Positions 22,018-33,315 of a stretch of DNA of 64,000 nucleotides are shown here, in pieces. The translations under genes were made by a program, and so were the position numbers. Numbering within the stretch: position 1 is the first letter of the stretch; each line of letters begins with the position of its first letter. The stretch is from NCBI RefSeq assembly GCF_001899305.1, contig NZ_MKWL01000020.1; one strand, 5' to 3'. The stretch is from Thiobacillus sp. 0-1251 (GTDB lineage Bacteria > Pseudomonadota > Gammaproteobacteria > Burkholderiales > Thiobacillaceae). The notes beneath the pieces were generated by a model. It searched no databases. It was not told the origin of the DNA and worked only from the letters and a program-made list of their open reading frames with translations.

Positions 22018-22299
22018 TTAGTGCGTCTTCTTCGGGATGCTGCTGATCTTGACGGAGTGGCTGGTGGGCGTTTCGTCGGTGAAGCGCGGGCGCTCGTCCA
22101 AGGTGCGGCCGGTGAGCTGGGCGAGCTCGGTTTCGCGGCTGGAAATCACCATCAGGCAATCCTTGATGCCGAGGACGGTGGCCTCGGTCAGGGGGCTGGG
22201 ATTGCCGTCGCGCGGCGCGGTATCGCGCACGATGGAAGTCAGGGTCTTGCGCATCATGCGCATGAGGCGCTGCTCGTCGTGCAGGGCTTTTTCGTCCAT
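22018..22299 (-). CDS. Small helical hypothetical protein (93 aa)
   Basis: GGAG SD and an upstream sigma70-like promoter; EQRLMRMMRKTLTSIVRDT...ISSRETEL...ERPRFTDE. Confidence 0.8.
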   Translation of the reverse strand: MDEKALHDEQRLMRMMRKTLTSIVRDTAPRDGNPSPLTEATVLGIKDCLMVISSRETELAQLTGRTLDERPRFTDETPTSHSVKISSIPKKTH

Positions 22300-22331
22300 G
22301 AGGGTACTCCGGAAACCAGCAAAGATTCCGC

Positions 22332-22360
22332 ATTGTCGGCGCCGCTCCGTACTTCGTCAA
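22332..22360 (-). promoter_or_regulatory. Sigma70-type promoter for the two small genes
   Basis: Minus strand TTGACG-17 nt-GACAAT. Confidence 0.6.
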
Positions 22361-22469
22361 CGCAAGTCCCTTGCGCACGAGGGGATAAAAAGCGTGACAG
22401 GGGGCATAAGAATTATGAACCGACAGTCCTTGCCGGCTGTTTTATGCTTGCCAGCTGAGGAGACGTCCC

Positions 22470-23561
22470 ATGCCAGACCCGAATACCCCCGAATCCAGCG
22501 AAGTTCGCGAAATCCGCATCAATCCCATTGTGCCGAGCGAATCGGTACTGGTCGCCACCGCACGCAGCATGCGCCCGAAAAAGGCCGAAGAACTGGCACC
22601 GCGCGACACCCGCAAGCACGTCGAAACCTGTCCGTTCTGCCGTGGCAACGAGCACAAGACGCCGCCGGTGATCCTGCATTGGCCGCCGGAGGGTGACTGG
22701 CAGATCCGCATGGTCGAGAACCTCTATCCGGTGTTGGGCGACGACCGCGAACAGGCCGGTTTCAACTTCGGTCTGCAGCAGACCATCGACGGCTACGGTC
22801 GGCACGAGGTCATCATCGATCACCATGAACACGGCATTGCCGTGCACGAAATGGCCGAATCGCACCTGACGGCGCTGTTCGGCGTCTACCAGACGCGCAT
22901 GCGCCAGCTGTTCGAGTCGGACGAGCGGCTGAAATACGTACTGGTGTTCAAGAACTTCGGCCCGGCGGCCGGTGCGTCGATCCCGCATACGCACAGCCAG
23001 GTGATCGCGATGCCAGTGGTGCCCGAGAATGTCGACGCCGAAGTGAAGAACAGTGCCGCGCACTACGCCAAGCACCACCACTGTATTTTCTGCGCGCTGA
23101 TCGACGAGGCGCTGACCTTCGAGGCGACCATTTACGACCGCACGTCCGGCGCGGTGCGGCGCAAGATCAACGTCGGCCAGTACGTGGTCGAGCGCGGTGA
23201 AAAGTTCATCGCCATCAAGCCGTTCGCCAGCCGCTACGAATGGGAAGTGCACATCCTGCCGCTGGCGCACCAGGCCGATTTTCTCGACGTGCGCGGCGAG
23301 GATCTGGCCGATCTGGCGCGGGTGATGAAGCGCACTATGGCAAGACTGGATGCTGTCATCGGCGGCGCGCAGTACAATTTCTTTCTGCACTCGGTCCCGC
23401 ACGATAGCCAGCAGCAGGCGCATGCGCCGAGCTACCACTGGCATCTGGAAATCTGCCCGCGCACGTCGATTCCCACCGGTTTCGAACTCGGTTCGGGCCT
23501 GTTCGTCAACACCATCAATCCGGAACAGGCAGCCGAGCGCCTGCGCACGGTGGACTTGTAG
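22470..23561 (+). CDS. apt: GalT/HIT-family nucleotidyltransferase, most like adenylylsulfate:phosphate adenylyltransferase (APAT, ADP sulfurylase)
   Basis: CPFC, FKNFGPAAGASIPHTHSQ (HxHxQ) and HWHLEICPR motifs. 363 aa matches my recollection of the Thiobacillus APAT size. No galK/galE nearby. Confidence 0.7.
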   Translation: MPDPNTPESSEVREIRINPIVPSESVLVATARSMRPKKAEELAPRDTRKHVETCPFCRGNEHKTPPVILHWPPEGDWQIRMVENLYPVLGDDREQAGFNFGLQQTIDGYGRHEVIIDHHEHGIAVHEMAESHLTALFGVYQTRMRQLFESDERLKYVLVFKNFGPAAGASIPHTHSQVIAMPVVPENVDAEVKNSAAHYAKHHHCIFCALIDEALTFEATIYDRTSGAVRRKINVGQYVVERGEKFIAIKPFASRYEWEVHILPLAHQADFLDVRGEDLADLARVMKRTMARLDAVIGGAQYNFFLHSVPHDSQQQAHAPSYHWHLEICPRTSIPTGFELGSGLFVNTINPEQAAERLRTVDL

Positions 23562-23754
23562 AAGGCGGCGAGCCTTCCGGGCGTCCGCACGGGCGTGATC
23601 GGGACTAGAATCAAACTTTCCAATCCGCTCGCGTAGGTGCCGCATGGCTGTCCGCCCCTATGCCAGCCTGAATGTCCGCCAGTGAAACCACCCCTGCATT
23701 GCCTTGTTTTATCCATGACTCCCATGCATCCGCGTGCAGGCAGGAGATATCGCC

Positions 23755-24909
23755 TTGTTTGAGCGACATGCCGGCGGCGAGCGCGTCATCCTGGTGGCGC
23801 TTGATTTCGGCGATCTGGATTTTGCCGAAAGCGTGGCCGAACTGCGATTGCTGGCGGCCGGCGCCGGGCTAGAAATTCTGGGCGAGGTGCAGGGCAAGCG
23901 TAGCCGCCCCGATGCCGCGCTGTTCGTTGGCAGCGGCAAGGCCGACGAGATCGCCGCGCTGGTCGCTGCCACCGAAGCGGACGTCGTCATCTTCAACCAC
24001 GAACTGTCACCTGCCCAGGAACGCAACCTGGAACGCCGCGTGCATTGCCGGGTGGTCGATCGCGTCACGTTGATTCTGGATATCTTTGCGCGCCGTGCGC
24101 ACAGCGCCGAGGGCAAGCTGCAGGTCGAACTGGCCCAGCTTCAGCATCTGTCGACCCGGTTGGTGCGCGGCTGGACCCACCTCGAACGCCAACGCGGCGG
24201 GGTGGGCATGCGCGGCCCGGGTGAAAAGCAACTGGAAACCGACCGTCGCTTGATCGGGATGCGGGTCAAGGCGCTGCGCGACCGGCTCGCCAAATTGGGC
24301 AAGCAGCGCCGTACCCAGCGGCGTTCGCGCGCGCGCCAGCATGTGTTGTCGGTGGCGCTGGTCGGGTATACCAATGCCGGGAAATCCACGCTGTTCAATG
24401 CGCTGACGCGTGCCGGTACCTACGCGGCCGACCAGTTGTTCGCCACGCTGGATACCACCACACGCAAGATATACCTGCCGCAGGTGGGCGAAGTGGTGCT
24501 CTCGGATACCGTCGGCTTCATCACCCGTCTGCCGCACGACCTGGTGGCGGCGTTCCGCGCCACGCTGGAGGCCACGGCGGAAGCCGATTTGCTGCTGCAT
24601 GTGATCGATTCGGCCAGCCCGGGACGCGAGCGCCAGATCGAAGCGGTCGACAAGGTGTTGGCGGAAATCGGGGCGGATGCCGTGCCGCAACTCCGGGTCT
24701 ACAACAAGCTCGATCTGACGGGCGTTGCGCCGGGGGTGGGGCGGGACGAATATGGTAAACTGCAAAGCGTGTATGTATCCGCGCAATCCGGCGCGGGGCT
24801 TGAACTTTTACGTGATGCCCTGTCAGAAATCCTGGTCGCCGAACGCGTCCGGGACGAAGCCAGCGCATCAGACGAAGATACCTCCCAATCCACCGCTTTC
24901 TCTGCATAA
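23755..24909 (+). CDS. hflX: Ribosome-splitting GTPase HflX
   Basis: TTG start after a GGAG SD; LSPAQERNLE, GYTNAGKS, LFATLD and DTVGF motifs. Confidence 0.97.
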   Translation: MFERHAGGERVILVALDFGDLDFAESVAELRLLAAGAGLEILGEVQGKRSRPDAALFVGSGKADEIAALVAATEADVVIFNHELSPAQERNLERRVHCRVVDRVTLILDIFARRAHSAEGKLQVELAQLQHLSTRLVRGWTHLERQRGGVGMRGPGEKQLETDRRLIGMRVKALRDRLAKLGKQRRTQRRSRARQHVLSVALVGYTNAGKSTLFNALTRAGTYAADQLFATLDTTTRKIYLPQVGEVVLSDTVGFITRLPHDLVAAFRATLEATAEADLLLHVIDSASPGRERQIEAVDKVLAEIGADAVPQLRVYNKLDLTGVAPGVGRDEYGKLQSVYVSAQSGAGLELLRDALSEILVAERVRDEASASDEDTSQSTAFSA

Positions 24910-24918
24910 CTTAACGAT

Positions 24919-26115
24919 ATGGCCTGGAACGACCCGCAATGGGGCAACAACGGTAATCGCAACAAAAACAGCGGACCGCCCGATCTGGACGAGCTCTGGC
25001 GGCGCCTTAACCAGCGTCTCAACGGCATGTTTGGCAACCGGAATACGGAAGGGGGCGGCGGTTTCTCGTCGGGTGGCGCAGGCGGCGGCAATCTGCTCGG
25101 CCTGCTGCTCGGTGCGCTGTTTCTGGTTTGGGTGGCGAGCGGTTTCTATATCGTCGACACCGGCCAGCGTGGCGTCGTACTGCGCTTCGGCAAGTATATC
25201 GAGACGACCGAGCCGGGGCCGCGCTGGCATTTGCCGTGGCCGATCGAGTCACGCGAAATCGTCAATATCGATCAGGTGCGCACCGTCGAAATCGGCTATC
25301 GGAACAACGTCAAGAGCAAGGTGCTGCGCGAGTCGCTGATGCTGACGGATGACGAGAACATCATCGACCTGCAGTTTGCGGTGCAGTACATCCTGAAGGA
25401 TCCGGAGGAGTTTTTGTTCGTCAACCGGGCGCCTGAAGATACGGTGTTGCAGGTGGCCGAAACCGCAATGCGCGAAATCGTCGGCAAGAACAAGATGGAT
25501 TTTGTGCTGTACGAAGGGCGTGCTGAAATCGCCACGCGGGCGAAGGTGCTGATGCAACAGATTCTCGATCGCTACAAAACCGGCATCAGCATCAGCCAGG
25601 TCACGCTGCAGAACATCCAGCCGCCCGAGCAAGTGCAGGCTGCGTTCGACGATGCGGTCAAGGCGGGGCAGGATCGCGAGCGCCTGAAGAACGAAGCAGA
25701 AGCGTATTCCAATGACGTGGTGCCGCGCGCAAGTGGTCTGGCTTCGCGCCTGAAGGAAGAAGCCGCGGGCTACAAGCAGGCGGTGATTGCCAATGCCGAA
25801 GGTGAAGCCAGCCGCTTTTCGCAAATTGTGACCGAATATCAGAAAGCCCCGCAGGTGACACGCCAGCGTATGTATCTCGACACCATGCAGACCGTGATGA
25901 ACAACACCAGCAAAGTGGTGGTTGACCAGAAGAGCGGCAACAGCCTCTTGTATCTGCCGCTCGATAAATTGCAGCAGATTGCCAACCAGCCCAGCAGCGG
26001 TGCGTCAGACGCGCTGTTGCAACCTCCGGTTGCCGCGACGCCTACGCCGCCTGCCCCCGTGGATCTGCGCTCGCGCGATGCCTTGCGCAGCCGTGATCGG
26101 GAGGATCGGCCATGA
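24919..26115 (+). CDS. hflK: FtsH modulator HflK
   Basis: MAWNDPQWG...GPPDLDE; SPFH domain. Confidence 0.97.
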   Translation: MAWNDPQWGNNGNRNKNSGPPDLDELWRRLNQRLNGMFGNRNTEGGGGFSSGGAGGGNLLGLLLGALFLVWVASGFYIVDTGQRGVVLRFGKYIETTEPGPRWHLPWPIESREIVNIDQVRTVEIGYRNNVKSKVLRESLMLTDDENIIDLQFAVQYILKDPEEFLFVNRAPEDTVLQVAETAMREIVGKNKMDFVLYEGRAEIATRAKVLMQQILDRYKTGISISQVTLQNIQPPEQVQAAFDDAVKAGQDRERLKNEAEAYSNDVVPRASGLASRLKEEAAGYKQAVIANAEGEASRFSQIVTEYQKAPQVTRQRMYLDTMQTVMNNTSKVVVDQKSGNSLLYLPLDKLQQIANQPSSGASDALLQPPVAATPTPPAPVDLRSRDALRSRDREDRP

Positions 26116-26993
26116 ACAAATATACTGCCCCCATCCTGATCGGGCTGGTCGTGGTGCTGGTGATCTTGAGCGGCAGCATGTTCACTGTCGATCAGCGCCA
26201 GAACGCCCTGGTGTTCCAGCTGGGTGAAGTGGTGTCGGTGAAAAAGAAGCCGGGTCTGTATTTCAAGCTGCCGCTGGTACAGAACGTCCGCTATTTCGAT
26301 ACGCGCATCCTGACGCTGGATGCGGCGGAACCGGAGCGTTTCATCACCTCGGAAAAGAAAAACGTGCTGGTCGATTCGTACATCAAATGGCGCGTGATCG
26401 ATGCCCGGCAGTTTTACGTCTCGGTCGGCGGCGATGAAACACGCGCGCAGATTCGCTTGAACCAGACAGTGAATGACGGCCTGCGTGCCGAATTCGGCAA
26501 GCGCACGATTCACGACGTCGTCTCGGGGCAGCGTGATAAGGTCATGGACCTCATTCGCGCCAAGGCCGACCAGGATGCGCGCTCGATCGGCGTGCAGGTG
26601 GTCGATGTGCGCATCAAGCGCGTCGATCTGCCGGAGAGCGTGTCGGAAAACGTCTATCGCCGGATGGAAGCCGAACGCAAACAGGTGGCCAACGAACTGC
26701 GCTCGACCGGCGCGGCGGAAGCGGAAAAGATCAAGGCTGATGCGGATCGGCAGAAGCAGGTGATCGTCGCCGAAGCGTATCGCGATGCCCAGCGCGTCAA
26801 GGGTGAGGGCGACGCCAAGGCCTCGGCGGTCTACGCCGCTGCGTATGACAAGAACCCGGAATTCTATGCCTTCTACCGCAGCATGCAGGCCTATCGCGAG
26901 AGCTTCAAGAACAAGAGCGACGTGATGGTGCTCGACCCCAGCGCAGACTTCTTCAAATACATGAAGAACCCGCGTGCCGCCGGTGGTAAATGA
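26112..26993 (+). CDS. hflC: FtsH modulator HflC
   Basis: SPFH domain; VYRRMEAERK and PEFYAFYRS motifs. Confidence 0.97.
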   Translation: MNKYTAPILIGLVVVLVILSGSMFTVDQRQNALVFQLGEVVSVKKKPGLYFKLPLVQNVRYFDTRILTLDAAEPERFITSEKKNVLVDSYIKWRVIDARQFYVSVGGDETRAQIRLNQTVNDGLRAEFGKRTIHDVVSGQRDKVMDLIRAKADQDARSIGVQVVDVRIKRVDLPESVSENVYRRMEAERKQVANELRSTGAAEAEKIKADADRQKQVIVAEAYRDAQRVKGEGDAKASAVYAAAYDKNPEFYAFYRSMQAYRESFKNKSDVMVLDPSADFFKYMKNPRAAGGK

Positions 26994-27178
26994 CGGGTTC
27001 GGACTGGCTGGCTGCACTGGGCTTGTTGCTGGTGATTGAGGGTATTCTGCCGTTTGCCGCACCTGCCGCATGGCGTGACGGCTTTCGCAGGATGCAGGAG
27101 CTCCGCGACGGCCAATTGCGTTTTATCGGCGCTGCCTCGATGTTGGGCGGCGTTTTTTTGTTGATGCTACTGAATTGA
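26990..27178 (+). CDS. Small membrane protein, DUF2065 (YjeT-like)
   Basis: ALGLLLVIEGILPF...LRFIG; canonical position after hflC. Confidence 0.88.
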   Translation: MTGSDWLAALGLLLVIEGILPFAAPAAWRDGFRRMQELRDGQLRFIGAASMLGGVFLLMLLN

Positions 27179-27179
27179 A

Positions 27180-29457
<2,278 letters not shown>

Positions 29458-29478
29458 TGGTTAAAATGAAGCCTGAAA

Positions 29479-29513
29479 AAGTAAAAAGCCGACACAAGGT
29501 CGGCTTTTTACTT
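29479..29513. terminator. Bidirectional intrinsic terminator between purA and tRNA-Leu
   Basis: Perfect 15-bp inverted repeat AAGTAAAAAGCCGAC-acaag-GTCGGCTTTTTACTT, with A and T tracts. Confidence 0.9.
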
Positions 29514-29521
29514 GCAGCGTT

Positions 29522-29608
29522 TGGTGCCCAGAAGAGGACTCGAACCTCCACAGTGTTGCCACCGCTAGGACCTGAACCTAGTGCGTCTACCAATTCCGCC
29601 ATCTGGGC
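29522..29608 (-). tRNA. tRNA-Leu (anticodon CAG), 87 nt, CCA encoded
   Basis: Reverse complement GCCCAGATGGCGGAATTGGTAGACGCACTAGGTTCAGGTCCTAGCGGTGGCAACACTGTGGAGGTTCGAGTCCTCTTCTGGGCACCA: cloverleaf with a long variable arm. Confidence 0.97.
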
Positions 29609-29621
29609 AATGAAGGCGCGC

Positions 29622-29650
29622 ATTTTAGAGAGCCGTAGATAAATTGTCAA
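29622..29650 (-). promoter_or_regulatory. Near-consensus sigma70 promoter of tRNA-Leu with GC-rich discriminator
   Basis: Minus strand TTGACA-17 nt-TAAAAT-gcgcgcc. Confidence 0.85.
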
Positions 29651-29655
29651 CGAAG

Positions 29656-31956
29656 ATGACTTCAAAAAAATCCCGCAGCCGCGCCAGCAAGCACAAGATC
29701 CCGGCAATCCGTCTGGCCGACCCGTTCTACGAACGTGAAGTCGAGCGTTACGAATCGCCCTTGCCGAGCCGCGAATACGTCCTGCAGTTGATCACCGAGG
29801 CGGGCTGCCCGGTCGATGTCGATGCGTTTGCCGAACAGCTGCACATCACCGAGGCCGAGCGCGACCTGTTCCAGCGCCGTCTCGGCGCGATGCAGCGCGA
29901 CGGTCAGCTGATGCTCAATCGCAAGCGCCAGCTGTGCCTGCCGGACAAGCTCGATCTGATCAAGGGCCGGGTCGAAGGCCACCCGGACGGCTTCGGCTTC
30001 GTGGTGCCGGAAGAGGGCGGCGACGACCTCTTCCTGTCGCCCAAGGAAATGCACCGCGTGCTGCACGGCGACAAGGTCCTGGTGCGGGTCGCCGGCTTCG
30101 ACAAGCGCGGCCGCCGCGAGGCCAAGATCGTCGAAGTGCTGGAGCACGTCAACCAGTTCGTCGTCGGCCGCTACTACCTCGAAGGCGGCGTCGGCTTCCT
30201 CATCGCGGAGAACCGCCGCATCAACCAGGATATTCTGGTTCCCACGGAAAATGCGGGTGCCGCAAAATCCGGCCAGGTCGTCACGGTGGAAATCGTCACC
30301 CAGCCCGGCGCGCACAACGAGGCCGTCGGCCGCGTCACCGAGATTCTGGGCAGCTTCACCGGCCCGGGCATGGAAATCGAGATTGCGTTGCGCAAGCACG
30401 ACCTGCCCTACGTGTTCCCACCCGAGGTCGAGGCGCAGGCGTCCAAGCTGCCGGGCAAGGTGCAGAAAAAGGACATGGCTGGCCGCGAGGACATCCGCCA
30501 TCTGCCGCTCGTCACCATCGACGGCGAGACTGCACGCGACTTCGACGACGCGGTGTACTGCGAGCCGCTCGGCCGCAGCGGCTACCGCCTGATCGTGGCG
30601 ATCGCCGACGTCAGCCATTACGTCAAGCCCAAGGATGCGCTCGACAGCGAGGGCTTCAACCGTGGCAACTCGGTGTACTTCCCGCGCCGCGTCATTCCCA
30701 TGCTGCCCGAGGCGCTGTCCAACGGCCTCTGCTCGCTCAATCCGGAAGTCGACCGCCTTTCCATGGTGTGCGACATGCGCATCACCACCGCGGGCAGCAT
30801 CAAGGAATACCGCTTCTACCCGGCGGTGATCTATTCGCACGCGCGGCTGACCTACAACCAGGTGTGGGACTGGCTCTCCGGCGGCACCAGGCCGGAGAAA
30901 AAGCACGCCGCACTGATGCCGCACCTGGAATCGCTCGACAAGCTGTTCCGCACCCTCTTGAAGGCACGCGCCAAGCGCGGCGCGATCGACTTCGGCTCGA
31001 CCGAGACGCAGATCATTTTCGACGACAACGGCAAGATCAAGGAGATCGTGCCGGTGATCCGCAACGACGCCCACCGCATCATCGAGGAATGCATGCTGGC
31101 GGCCAACGTCTGCGCTTCGGACTTCCTGCACGAGAACAAGCAGCCGGCGCTGTTCCGCGTCCACGAAGGCCCGACGCCGGAGAAGCTCGCCGCGCTGCGC
31201 GGCTTCCTCGCTGAATTCGGCCTCGACCTCGGCGGCGGCGACAAGCCGCACGCCAAGGATTACGCCGCGCTGCTGGAGAAGATCAAGGACCGCCCCGACC
31301 ACGGCCTGCTGCAGACCGTGATGCTGCGCTCGCTCAGGCAGGCAATCTACAGCCCGGACAACAAGGGCCACTTCGGCCTGGCGTACGAGGCCTACACCCA
31401 CTTCACCTCGCCGATCCGCCGCTATCCCGATCTGCTGGTGCACCGCGGCATCAAGGCCGTGCTGCTGGGCGAGAAACTGCCCGCCAAGGGTCTGGCGGAA
31501 ATCGGCGCCCACTGCTCGATGACCGAGCGCCGCGCCGACGACGCCACCCGCGACGTCGACGCCTGGCTGAAGACCTACTTCATGCAGGACCGCATCGGCG
31601 ACGAATACAACGGCACCGTGAGCGCGGTGACCAGCTTCGGCATGTTCGTCGCGATCGACGACATCTTCATCGAAGGCCTGGTCCACGTCTCCGAACTCGG
31701 CCAGGACTACTTCCACTACGACCAGGCCAAGCACATGATGCTCGGCGAGCGGACCGGAAAAAAATATCGCCTGGGCGACCGTGTGCGCATCAAGGTGATG
31801 CGCGCCGACATCGAGACCAGCAAGATCGATTTCAGCCTGGTCGAGCAGGAAAACTCCGCCCTCGACATGCAGCGCGCATTCGCGCAATCGGCGTCGGAAA
31901 AGAAATCCTCCAAGCCTCGGTCCGCCAAATCCAGGTCGGGTAGCAAGCAGAAATGA
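29656..31956 (+). CDS. rnr: Ribonuclease R
   Basis: TIDGETARDFDDA, HFTSPIRRYPD, S1 domain and basic tail. Start could be TTG 29644. Confidence 0.97.
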   Translation: MTSKKSRSRASKHKIPAIRLADPFYEREVERYESPLPSREYVLQLITEAGCPVDVDAFAEQLHITEAERDLFQRRLGAMQRDGQLMLNRKRQLCLPDKLDLIKGRVEGHPDGFGFVVPEEGGDDLFLSPKEMHRVLHGDKVLVRVAGFDKRGRREAKIVEVLEHVNQFVVGRYYLEGGVGFLIAENRRINQDILVPTENAGAAKSGQVVTVEIVTQPGAHNEAVGRVTEILGSFTGPGMEIEIALRKHDLPYVFPPEVEAQASKLPGKVQKKDMAGREDIRHLPLVTIDGETARDFDDAVYCEPLGRSGYRLIVAIADVSHYVKPKDALDSEGFNRGNSVYFPRRVIPMLPEALSNGLCSLNPEVDRLSMVCDMRITTAGSIKEYRFYPAVIYSHARLTYNQVWDWLSGGTRPEKKHAALMPHLESLDKLFRTLLKARAKRGAIDFGSTETQIIFDDNGKIKEIVPVIRNDAHRIIEECMLAANVCASDFLHENKQPALFRVHEGPTPEKLAALRGFLAEFGLDLGGGDKPHAKDYAALLEKIKDRPDHGLLQTVMLRSLRQAIYSPDNKGHFGLAYEAYTHFTSPIRRYPDLLVHRGIKAVLLGEKLPAKGLAEIGAHCSMTERRADDATRDVDAWLKTYFMQDRIGDEYNGTVSAVTSFGMFVAIDDIFIEGLVHVSELGQDYFHYDQAKHMMLGERTGKKYRLGDRVRIKVMRADIETSKIDFSLVEQENSALDMQRAFAQSASEKKSSKPRSAKSRSGSKQK

Positions 31957-32717
31957 GCGAGAAGTCCGCCGACAAGCACGCCGCAGAAAAACTCATCTAC
32001 GGCTTTCACCCCGTGCTGGCCCGCCTGCGCCAGGATCCCGCGGGCATCTTCGAAATCTACCTTGACCTGACCCGCCGTGACGCGCGCGCGCGCGACCTGG
32101 TGCATCAGGCGAAGGACAACGGCGTCAAGCTGGCGCAGGTTGAAGCCGACCGGCTGACCCGATTGGTGGGCAAGACCGCCAAGCATCAAGGCGTGGTCGC
32201 CCGCGTCAAGCCGGTGGCGCTGACGCAGTCGCTCGACGAGGTGCTGGAAAATATCGAAGGACCGCCGCTGCTGGTCATCCTCGACGGCGTCACCGACCCG
32301 CACAACCTCGGCGCGATACTTAGATCAGCAGACGCCTTCGGCGTGCACGCCGTCATCGCGCCCAAGGACAACGCCGTCGGCGTCAACGCCACCGTGGAAA
32401 AGGTCGCCTCGGGCGCCGCGGAGACCGTACCCTACATCATGGTCACCAATCTCGCGCGCACCATCGAGGACCTCAAGGAACACAACATCTGGGTCATCGC
32501 CGCCGACATGGACGGCGAGCAGCCGCTGTCCGGCATCGACGCCAAGACCGGCATCGCCTGGGTACTCGGTGCCGAGGGCGCGGGCATCCGCCGCCTGGTC
32601 AAGCAAAGCTGCGACCAGGTCGCCCGCATCCCGATCGGCGGCACGGTGGAAAGCCTCAATGTGTCGGTGTCGGCGGCACTGTGCCTGTACGAGACGGTAC
32701 GGCAGCGAAACGCGTGA
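31953..32717 (+). CDS. rlmB: 23S rRNA (G2251-2'-O)-methyltransferase
   Basis: LDGVTDPHNLGA, GAEGAG and ESLNVSV motifs; follows rnr. Confidence 0.95.
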   Translation: MSEKSADKHAAEKLIYGFHPVLARLRQDPAGIFEIYLDLTRRDARARDLVHQAKDNGVKLAQVEADRLTRLVGKTAKHQGVVARVKPVALTQSLDEVLENIEGPPLLVILDGVTDPHNLGAILRSADAFGVHAVIAPKDNAVGVNATVEKVASGAAETVPYIMVTNLARTIEDLKEHNIWVIAADMDGEQPLSGIDAKTGIAWVLGAEGAGIRRLVKQSCDQVARIPIGGTVESLNVSVSAALCLYETVRQRNA

Positions 32718-32761
32718 AGGCGGGGTCGACCGCGACAAGGATCCGCGGGCAGGGGGCGAAG

Positions 32762-32796
32762 TTGAAATCCCCGTTCGATCCCGTTTTAATGGCTGC
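32762..32796 (+). promoter_or_regulatory. Sigma70 promoter placing +1 at the DUF523 ATG (leaderless)
   Basis: TTGAAA-17 nt-TTTAAT-6 nt-ATG; no SD. Confidence 0.7.
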
Positions 32797-33303
32797 ATGG
32801 AATCCGTTCTTGTAAGTGCCTGCCTGCTCGGCGAGGCAGTTCGCTATAACGGCGGCGACATGCGCTGCGACCATGACATCCTGCGGCAATGGCAACGCGA
32901 AGGGCGTGTCGTGGCCGTCTGTCCGGAGGTTGCAGGCGGCCTGCCAGTTCCGCGCCCGCGCGCTGAAATTGCCGAAGGTGCCGGTGGCTTGAAAGTGCTC
33001 GCCGGCATTGCCAAGGCTGTCGATTCCAATGGCCGTGACGTATCGGCCTATCTGATCAGCGGCGCGGAGCAAGCACTTGAACTGGCCCGCGCGTGGCATA
33101 TCCGGATCGCCGTGTTGAAGGAAGGCAGTCCATCCTGCGGGACAGGTTTCATCTTCGATGGCACGTTCACCGATACCCGGGTGAAAGATCGCGGCGTAAC
33201 CGCCGCAATCCTGCAGCAAGCCGGCGTGCATGTCTTCAGCGAAGCCCAACTGGCCGAAGCCGATGCCTTGCTCAGGAAGATCGAGGCCGACAATGTTGCT
33301 TGA
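32797..33303 (+). CDS. DUF523 family Fe-S protein (thiouracil desulfidase TudS-like)
   Basis: SACLLG, CPEVAGGLPVPR and SPSCG motifs, i.e. three conserved Cys. Confidence 0.85.
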   Translation: MESVLVSACLLGEAVRYNGGDMRCDHDILRQWQREGRVVAVCPEVAGGLPVPRPRAEIAEGAGGLKVLAGIAKAVDSNGRDVSAYLISGAEQALELARAWHIRIAVLKEGSPSCGTGFIFDGTFTDTRVKDRGVTAAILQQAGVHVFSEAQLAEADALLRKIEADNVA

Positions 33304-33315
33304 CGAGGATTGCAC

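Noticed and set aside
21996-22018. 9-bp inverted repeat ATGCATCGC-tgaac-GCGATGCAT between the two small genes
   Set aside because: Only a weak U-tract on the minus strand; probably a stability hairpin or weak terminator and not informative on its own.
22470-23561. Plain galT annotation
   Set aside because: No galK/galE context, and size and genomic setting fit APAT better. GalT activity is not formally excluded.
29522-29608. tRNA-Leu as an integration site for the 32.8-38.3 kb patch
   Set aside because: The tRNA 3' end faces purA and a terminator, I found no duplicated tRNA 3' fragment, and rnr-rlmB lie between it and the patch.
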